NCBI GenBank assembly: GCA_964645005.1
Contig: CAZXYS010000006.1
Coordinates: 4,741-68,740, forward strand
Direction of reading: 5' to 3'
DNA length: 64,000 bases
Origin: an uncultured Hyphomicrobiales bacterium
GTDB lineage: Bacteria; Bacteroidota; Ignavibacteria; Kapaibacteriales; UBA2268
In this document: in pieces, positions 57,171-64,000 of the stretch
Layout of the letters: each line of letters begins with the position of its first letter
Numbering within the stretch: position 1 is the stretch's first letter
The notes under the pieces: model-generated
Database searches by the model: none
What the model was told of the DNA's origin: nothing
The model's input: the letters and a program-made list of their open reading frames with translations, nothing else
Position numbers and translations under genes: made by a program

Positions 57171-59237
57171 TCATGATTTATTCTTACAATATAGCTCGAG
57201 AAATCTGAAGAATTCCCTGTACCAGAGAATTTTTTCCTGGGGATGAGTTATCCAGTGGATCTCATCGGGATAAACAATGATACGGGAAGGAACATTGTTC
57301 ATCTGCGCTGCCGTGAAAGCCTCAAGGCTCTGTGTATAAGGCACGCGATAATCCTTTTCGCCGGTAATAATGAGTATTGGAGTATCCCAGTTCTTTACGA
57401 AACGGTGCGGGGAATTCTCGTCGTAGAATCTTTTGTGCTGGCGCTCCCAGTAAGGACCGCCATTATCCCATAGCGGGAACCACATTTCCTCAGTCGAACC
57501 GAATTTACTTTCCATATTGAACATACCGCAGTGTGAGACGAAGGTGCTGTAAAGCCCGTCGTCATTTCCTTCCAGGAAGAAGGCGGCATAGCCGCCTGCG
57601 CTTCCTCCGATGGCAGCGAGTCTTGTCTCATCGACATAAGGTTCTTTTGCGAGAGCTTTAGTGGCTGCCATGATGTCATCCATTGGCTGCCCGCCGTAAT
57701 CCATGCGTATGGAGTCGATCCATTTCTGTCCGAATCCCATGCAGCCGCGGCGGTTCGGAGCCAGCACTATATATCCTTCGGAAGCCATGGTCAGGAAATT
57801 CCAGCCGTAGCTAAAATAAGGAGTGACCGGCATCTGCGGTCCGCCCTGGCAGTAAGTTATCATTGGATATTTTTTGCTGGGATCAAAATTCGGGGGGTAT
57901 ACAACCCAGCAATGAACATTGGCGCTGTCGGTAGAGGTTATCCAGCGTGCTTCCACTTTGCCTATGTCAATGTTTTTATAAGCGTCGTCATTTAAATGAG
58001 TGATTTGTTTCATCGTGCCGGTGGATGTATTCATGGCGTACAACTCAGTCGGGTGCATGTAATCTTCGCGGCTTAAGATGACTGTATTACCGTCGGGGGT
58101 AACCTCAAGAGCTCTTGCGGCATGGTAATAGCTGCCTTTTGTTACCACTTTGGCTGTGCCGCTCCTTGTTATATGCCATAGCTGGGTAGTGCCGTCATTA
58201 TTTCCGGCAGAAAAATACAGTGCATCGCTGCGTGGTGTCCATGCCATAGTTCCGACATGCTGATCTACATCTTTGGAGAGTTCGCCGATTCTGCTGCTGC
58301 TTCTGGTGTGCAGCATTAATCTGACCCGGTCGGATTCATAACCTGCGCGTTTCTGGCTGTGGAATGCTATATAATTACCGTTGGGGGGATATACCGGATA
58401 TTTGTCGAATCCGGGCATTCCCTGAGTGATATTCTTTGCCTTGCCGCCGTAAACCGGTACTACGTATATATCGGAATTGGTACTGGTTTCGAAATCACTA
58501 ACTTTCTTGCAGGTATAAGCGATCTCGGTGCCGTTAGGTGACCAGGCAATCTGTTCATGCCCGCCGAAAGGGACGAGCGGAGTGTCGAATTTTTCCATTT
58601 CCATGAGGTCGCGGGGTTCGCCTCCTTCGGCAGGGATCACGAAAAGATGTCTGTATTTCTCGTCGATGTAGTGGTCCCAGTGTCTGATCGGCAGGTCATC
58701 GTAGATATAAGCATTGACATCCGGCAGATCTTTGTGAGTTTCATGGATAGTCTGCTCGAGTTTTACATCCGAACAGAAAGCAAGATGCTTGCCATCGGGG
58801 GACCATGAAAGAAATGATACGCCATTTTCCATATTGGTTATCTTACGGGGTTCGCCGCCGTCCATATCCATTATGTAAACCTGAGGTTTACCGTCGCGGT
58901 CGGAGATGAACGCAACTTTATCCGCTTTGGGTGACCAGACGGGGTTGTAATTATGGTCACCTGTTCTGGTTAGTTGGATAGCTTCGCCGCCTGAGACGGG
59001 CTGCATAAACACCTGCTTTGTATAAGTATTATTTTCAAAATCGGGGAATGTAACGGTATAAAGGAGTTTCTTCCCGTCCTGCGAGATGTTAACATCACTG
59101 ATCCTTTTGAGAGAAAGTAATTTCTCAGGGGTGAGGATTTCGCTCGTTAATAAGCGAGGCACTATTATTAGCGCTATTACGAATATGAATAATTTTGACT
59201 TCATTGTCCAAATCCTTATAATGTTTAAAATTTTCAA
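57171..59237 (-). CDS. S9-family serine peptidase, tandem paralog of 54937-57036
   Basis: Same architecture. GGSAGGY nucleophile, GEKDYRVP. Long colinear blocks shared with the paralog (YPMITYCQGGPQ, TYVVLAPNRRG-like). Confidence 0.8.
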   Translation of the reverse strand: MKILNIIRIWTMKSKLFIFVIALIIVPRLLTSEILTPEKLLSLKRISDVNISQDGKKLLYTVTFPDFENNTYTKQVFMQPVSGGEAIQLTRTGDHNYNPVWSPKADKVAFISDRDGKPQVYIMDMDGGEPRKITNMENGVSFLSWSPDGKHLAFCSDVKLEQTIHETHKDLPDVNAYIYDDLPIRHWDHYIDEKYRHLFVIPAEGGEPRDLMEMEKFDTPLVPFGGHEQIAWSPNGTEIAYTCKKVSDFETSTNSDIYVVPVYGGKAKNITQGMPGFDKYPVYPPNGNYIAFHSQKRAGYESDRVRLMLHTRSSSRIGELSKDVDQHVGTMAWTPRSDALYFSAGNNDGTTQLWHITRSGTAKVVTKGSYYHAARALEVTPDGNTVILSREDYMHPTELYAMNTSTGTMKQITHLNDDAYKNIDIGKVEARWITSTDSANVHCWVVYPPNFDPSKKYPMITYCQGGPQMPVTPYFSYGWNFLTMASEGYIVLAPNRRGCMGFGQKWIDSIRMDYGGQPMDDIMAATKALAKEPYVDETRLAAIGGSAGGYAAFFLEGNDDGLYSTFVSHCGMFNMESKFGSTEEMWFPLWDNGGPYWERQHKRFYDENSPHRFVKNWDTPILIITGEKDYRVPYTQSLEAFTAAQMNNVPSRIIVYPDEIHWITHPQEKILWYREFFRFLELYCKNKS

Positions 59238-59351
59238 GGATAAGAATTTGGCAAATTAAAAAAAGGGGATAAAAATCCCCAAATTTTTTAGCAAAGCTGT
59301 AAATTAAAGTTTTTATTTGGAAAAAATTAAAAAGGCTTTCCCCGGAAATGG

Positions 59352-59425
59352 GTAGTTATTGTCACACTTCGACTTTGCTAAGTGTGACCTGCTGCTGTTA
59401 TCCTGAGCGAAGTCGAAGGTTGGCA
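59352..59425. repeat. Short palindromic repeat (family 2b)
   Basis: gtcacacttcgactttgctaagtgtgac...tatcctgagcgaagtcgaagg. Confidence 0.55.
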
Positions 59426-59593
59426 AAAGAAAAATAAACAAATATGACTTTTGGGAATATCTTTTTACTCAGCCTCTTGTTGATCAATATACCCCTTAAA
59501 TAAAAATTGCCTCCCAAAGGAGGCATTCTTTATTGCTTTTTTAATTTTTTTCGGAAATATTAATACTTATTAACTTAACCCAGTTAATGATCC

Positions 59594-59716
59594 TTACAGA
59601 AATATTCCGAAAATGACTACTGCGAAAATTACCATTAGGAAAAGTAAAGAAGTCATTATGTCCGTTACATACCGTGCCGGTGTCTTTGTGTTCTTTTTCA
59701 TAGATGCCTCTTTCAT
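59594..59716 (-). CDS. Possible small (40 aa) membrane protein
   Basis: MKEASMKKNTKTPARYVTDIMTSLLFLMVIFAVVIFGIFL. AGGAG lies 9-10 nt upstream of the ATG. Hydrophobic C-terminal helix. Below the ORF-track length cutoff. Confidence 0.3.
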   Translation of the reverse strand: MKEASMKKNTKTPARYVTDIMTSLLFLMVIFAVVIFGIFL

Positions 59717-60067
59717 TTTTTATTACTCCTAACTGAGATGTTTAAAAATTGTTTTTAAAAGCATTTATAATATAACAATGCTGCAAGACAGTTTCAATAG
59801 CATTTTTAATGATTTTAATGTAGTATTTTTTTGATGCTTTGTAGTAATATTACTACATGAAAATTTCTTATTGTAATTACGTATAATTAAATACTGAGTT
59901 TAGTACAAATCTTATACCCAAATTGATCAATTCGCAGACAGAGAAAAAAAATCAATTTTAAATTAAGCTGTAGTAATGGTTTTCGTACAAATTTTATTGA
60001 AAAAAGATTTTTTTAAGTAAATTTGTACGCAGCATAAATTGAATGATTTACATAACGGAATAATTTT

Positions 60068-63000
60068 ATGAAAATTATTAAAACTCTGATAATAATACCC
60101 CTTGCTTTCATTGCAATTATAATTAATTGTTATGGACAGAACTCACTGACAGTTTTCGACTATGATCAATCTAACTATCCAAATATCAGAGCATTGTTTT
60201 ATGCTTTCGATGAAAATTCGGGAATAATAAAGAGTCTATCGGCAGGGGACTTCAATATATCGGATAATGGTGTCTCAGTGCCTGCTGCCAATGTTGAGTG
60301 TCCGGGAACAAATGAGGAGCATGCAAATTCAGTAGTCATTGCTTTCGACCTTGCTCTGAATAATTACGAGGGAGGTACTACCAATTTTAAAGCGGCGCAG
60401 TTGCTAGGGAAAGAGCTCATCGAGCGGCTGGATCTCGATACCTCGGAGTGCGCTGTAACAAGTTTTGATTATATAAGCTATCTGAACCAGGAATTCACAT
60501 CAGATCCGGACATGCTTTTTAGAGCTATAGATTCCCTGCCTTCGGCGAGAGGCTCTTATTTTGATAAAGGATTGCTTTCATTGCCGGCAGGAGCTATACC
60601 TGTTGCTGAGAAAGGTGACGACGAGAAGTCCATTATTCTGATAACCGATGGAATAGGCGCTGTGAATGTGGACAGCGTAGTTGCTCAGGCAGCAAAAAGC
60701 AATGTCAGACTATTTACAATTGGACTGGGAAATGAACTGCCCGATGGTTTAAAAAGTGTCTCAGAACAGAGCGGCGGCAGATGGGTGGAAAACATTCAAC
60801 CGCAGCAGGATATGAGCAGTACCGCGGCGATATTACGTGCGTTTATGCAGGGGAGTCAGCCCTGTGAATTGACGTGGAACAGTCCGCTGGATTGCGATGA
60901 TGAGCATTTTGTTGAAATTGAAATTCCTTCACGATCCGTATCCTCGACATTCACATATTCAGTGCCGGAAGGTAACAAACCATATATAGAAGCCCGCCCG
61001 TCGAACATTGCTTTTAAAGCGATTTTGCATCCGGCGACTGAGGTCAGGAGTGTCTTCATTACCGCGCGTTATGCGGATATACATATTGACAGTATGAAAG
61101 TTACGGATACATCCAATAAATTTTCGATAGTTTCCGGGACAGAATTAGAAGATTATACTCTGAAAAAAGATGCTCAGCATGAAGTAAAAGTGAAATTCAC
61201 ACCGGTAGAAGGTGATTCAGCTCTGATATTTTCAAAATTGATAATTTATTCTAACGCCTGCTTCGGTGAAGAAATTAGAATGACAGCAGGTTTCCCGAAC
61301 CGACCGCCCCGTAATAAGACCATTGAGATTGTGTCGCCCAATGGCGGGGAGACATTGTTCGCTGGTGATACGGCTGCAGTAAAATGGGACGGATTGCTGG
61401 AAAGAGATGTCATTCTTCTTGAATATACTACTGATAATGGTCAGTCATGGGATACGCTCGCCAAAGACGTTAACGGATTAAAATATAATTGGAAAGTGCC
61501 GGATGAATATAGTGATTCATGCTATGTTCGTGCTGTTCAGTTGTGGCCCAACAATGTCGGAAAAACTATGGACCTCAGACATTATCGGGCTGTTAACTCC
61601 GCATTTTTCAATAGTGATCAGAATCTGGTAGTTACATCATGTAAAGATAAAATGGGGCGCCTCTGGAATGCAAATAACGGCAAAGAATTAGTAAGGTATA
61701 AAGGGCACACCGATGAGGTCCTGTGGGCGGAATTCAGTCCGGATGACCAATTAGTTGTAACCGCAAGCTCTGACAGCACTGCAAAGATCTGGAAACGGGA
61801 AACGGGTGAACTGCTATATACATTATCAGGTCATGAAGGGGAAGTCAGATCAGCCTGTTTCAGCCCTGACGGCGAAAAGGTGCTTACCACAAGCGCCGAT
61901 AGGACAGCTATTCTCTGGGATGCGGAAACCGGTGAACAGATCAAAGTTCTGCTGTCTTCCGATAAACCATTGTACTTTGCCTGTTTTGATCCCGCAGGCG
62001 AAAAAGCAGTTATATCCGGTGTTGGAAAGTATGTGAAAGTATTGAAGGTTGAAGATAGTGAAGTTGTCAGCGAATTCGATACCGAATTGGATTTCAATAT
62101 AATGTCCCATGTAAATTACAGCCCTGATGGCAGCAGGTTGGCAGCATCAAGCCAGATAGGACCAACAATTATTTGGGATGTGACAACTGAACAAAAGATA
62201 CTGGAAGTAACCCACTTCGATTCTCTGGGGAATCCTTCGCCTATTTTATTCTCGTCATTTGACCAGACCGGCGATACGTTACTGACTGCCGGCTTTGACA
62301 ACAAGATAAGAATGTGGCATGTCCATCAGAATACGTCCGAACCGATACTGACTTTTGAAGAGCACACAAGCTCTGTAAAGTCCGCAGTGTTCAATTTTGA
62401 CGGGATGCGTGTACTAACGGCAAGTTCGGATTCTACAGCAAAGATTTGGAACAGGGCTCAGCGCGACCTGCAAACTGACAGATCGGACGACAGATTCAGT
62501 ATAGCGAAAGCCGAGGCAATAGCCTTCAATGTGGATTTTGATAAAGTATTGATGGGAGAAGTTGTAGATACTCTTGTAAGTGTATTTGCCGTCAATACAA
62601 CAAAATATCCGTTTATGGTCAGAAATATTGAGATCCAAAGTGATGATACCGGAGATTTTTCAATTCTTGGTGATAATGAACCTTATGTATTGCAGCCTGG
62701 GGACACCTCATCGATTGAACTTCGCTTCGAACCACAACTGGTTGGAACGAGGAATGCACGAATAGTGATAACATATCCCAACGGTACTGCCGAAGCTGAA
62801 TTGACAGGCGAAGGGATTTATCCGGATCTACTTGCAACCAACAAGTATATTTACTTCAGAGAGATTGAACTGGGTGATTTCAAGGATTCTGTTGTCAGCG
62901 CTATTGTACAAAATAAAAGTGGTACAGCTCTACAGGTGACGGAGATCAATATTCTTGGTCCTGATACGGAGCATTTTGACATTATATCAGGCGGTCAAGG

Positions 63001-63841
63001 ATTCACTCTTGCACCAAATGACAGTCATGAAATGACGCTGCGCTTCACACCTGAAAAACTTGGCAGATTGAACAGCCAGCTTCAATTTTTACATACAGGC
63101 AAAGAGAAGGATACACGTGTATTTCTTTTCGGCGAAGGTGTGCCTATGGTAGTCGATACGGCTACGATTGCGATTGATACGCTATTCAAAGCCTATCCCG
63201 GTGACGAAATACAGATGCCTATTTACATTAAGGATATCAGCTCCAGGGGTATACCGCCCAATGTGACAGGCTTTAATGCTGCGCTGAGGTTTAATTCCAC
63301 TTTGCTGGAACCTCTGCAGCCGCTCGATGTAGAAAATGATGAAATTGTAGGTACCGAGAGGATCATTACTATGAATCTGCCTCTTGATGAAGACAATGAT
63401 GGTATCCTGACTACCATTAACTTTAAAGTGGGATTGGGAAATGACACTACATCCCCTATTATTTTGGAGAACATTGCGCCGATCGGCAGCGGCAAAATGA
63501 TAATTTACCGCGAGTTAGGCACTTTCAATCTTCTCGGTGTCTGTCATGAAGGGGGCGCCCGGCTATTTGATTCGGAAGGCAGAATATCCCTAATGCATAA
63601 TTACCCCAATCCATTTGAGGAATCAACGACGATCGAGTTTGAAACTGCCGAGAAGGGCATAACAAAGCTGTATATAACCGATATGATGGGAAATACTGTC
63701 AGAACTATTGTAAACGAGAAGCTTGAACCGGGGCAGCACCGCATCAGCATAGATTCAAGGGGTCTGCCGTCCGGTGTATACTTCTACAACCTAAAGACGC
63801 CGACTGTGGTTATTACCAGAAGGATGCATATAGAGAGGTAG
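60068..63841 (+). CDS. Giant secreted vWA - WD40 propeller - Ig-like repeat protein with T9SS C-terminal sorting domain
   Basis: Signal peptide. vWA-like segment (VVIAFDLALNNY...IILITDGIG). At least 7 WD40 repeats (GHTDEVLWAEFSPDDQLVVTASSDSTAKIW, GHEGEVRSACFSPDGEKVLTTSADRTAILW, ...). C-terminal Ig/ASH-like domains. NYPNPFEESTTIEFE...GVYFYNLK matches a T9SS CTD. Confidence 0.75.
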   Translation: MKIIKTLIIIPLAFIAIIINCYGQNSLTVFDYDQSNYPNIRALFYAFDENSGIIKSLSAGDFNISDNGVSVPAANVECPGTNEEHANSVVIAFDLALNNYEGGTTNFKAAQLLGKELIERLDLDTSECAVTSFDYISYLNQEFTSDPDMLFRAIDSLPSARGSYFDKGLLSLPAGAIPVAEKGDDEKSIILITDGIGAVNVDSVVAQAAKSNVRLFTIGLGNELPDGLKSVSEQSGGRWVENIQPQQDMSSTAAILRAFMQGSQPCELTWNSPLDCDDEHFVEIEIPSRSVSSTFTYSVPEGNKPYIEARPSNIAFKAILHPATEVRSVFITARYADIHIDSMKVTDTSNKFSIVSGTELEDYTLKKDAQHEVKVKFTPVEGDSALIFSKLIIYSNACFGEEIRMTAGFPNRPPRNKTIEIVSPNGGETLFAGDTAAVKWDGLLERDVILLEYTTDNGQSWDTLAKDVNGLKYNWKVPDEYSDSCYVRAVQLWPNNVGKTMDLRHYRAVNSAFFNSDQNLVVTSCKDKMGRLWNANNGKELVRYKGHTDEVLWAEFSPDDQLVVTASSDSTAKIWKRETGELLYTLSGHEGEVRSACFSPDGEKVLTTSADRTAILWDAETGEQIKVLLSSDKPLYFACFDPAGEKAVISGVGKYVKVLKVEDSEVVSEFDTELDFNIMSHVNYSPDGSRLAASSQIGPTIIWDVTTEQKILEVTHFDSLGNPSPILFSSFDQTGDTLLTAGFDNKIRMWHVHQNTSEPILTFEEHTSSVKSAVFNFDGMRVLTASSDSTAKIWNRAQRDLQTDRSDDRFSIAKAEAIAFNVDFDKVLMGEVVDTLVSVFAVNTTKYPFMVRNIEIQSDDTGDFSILGDNEPYVLQPGDTSSIELRFEPQLVGTRNARIVITYPNGTAEAELTGEGIYPDLLATNKYIYFREIELGDFKDSVVSAIVQNKSGTALQVTEINILGPDTEHFDIISGGQGFTLAPNDSHEMTLRFTPEKLGRLNSQLQFLHTGKEKDTRVFLFGEGVPMVVDTATIAIDTLFKAYPGDEIQMPIYIKDISSRGIPPNVTGFNAALRFNSTLLEPLQPLDVENDEIVGTERIITMNLPLDEDNDGILTTINFKVGLGNDTTSPIILENIAPIGSGKMIIYRELGTFNLLGVCHEGGARLFDSEGRISLMHNYPNPFEESTTIEFETAEKGITKLYITDMMGNTVRTIVNEKLEPGQHRISIDSRGLPSGVYFYNLKTPTVVITRRMHIER

Positions 63842-64000
63842 ATGTCGGGTGTGGGCTGTCAGGGAGCCGGATCAGGGATTGGCTGCGAGAATTATGCATA
63901 GCTGCTTTTGGAAATAGGAAAATTATTAGATTCAATGAATTTTAAATTTGAATTAGTCAGTTCCAAATAATGTCAGGATTTTAATAGGATTTTTTCTAAC

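Noticed and set aside
1-64000. Search for CRISPR arrays, rRNA, integrases/transposases, prophage blocks
   Set aside because: No regularly spaced direct repeats with unique spacers. No 16S/23S-like conserved stretches. No recombinase-like ORFs. The only repeats are the two dispersed palindromic families described.

Overview
This 64 kb chromosomal window is low-GC and carries no rRNA, tRNA, CRISPR array, integrase, transposase or phage genes. It most likely comes from an FCB-group bacterium (Bacteroidota, Ignavibacteriota or a relative). The basis is six large secreted proteins whose C-terminal ~80-aa domains look like type IX secretion (T9SS/Por) sorting signals: 8143-9726, 9835-13287, 18963-21476, 29035-32538, 32631-36188 and 60068-63841. 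Housekeeping genes are present (ugd, dxs, pcm, tyrS, pip and an SRAP/YedK-like peptidase). Around them sit several accessory modules. (1) Two output-less CHASE2 membrane sensors and two FecR-like secreted partners form a mirror-duplicated four-gene block (2298-6922). (2) A minus-strand operon runs VTC (polyphosphate-polymerase-like) - DUF4956 membrane protein - outer-membrane beta-barrel - two tandem LTD-CotH-LTD-T9SS giant proteins (29035-38280). The ends of the two CotH paralogs have been homogenised by gene conversion, and the VTC gene is interrupted by a frameshift at an A4 run. (3) A glycan/lipid-carrier cluster runs ugd - DUF368 (PopT-like undecaprenyl-phosphate translocase family) - GT4 - Nudix - GT2 (13672-18777). 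(4) A PAP2 phosphatase lies next to an ArnT/PMT-like membrane glycosyltransferase (50496-52899). (5) A peptide-scavenging region holds a POT-family transporter, two tandem S9 peptidases and the subtilase. (6) A vapBC toxin-antitoxin pair. (7) A GIY-YIG minigene bracketed by direct copies of a short palindromic repeat. Two dispersed intergenic repeat families are present: a ~180 bp MITE-like hairpin element and a 'gtcatcctgagcgaagcgaag'-type palindromic element. An SDR gene appears to start at a non-canonical ATT codon. All calls are from reading the sequence and the ORF translations. No database search was run.
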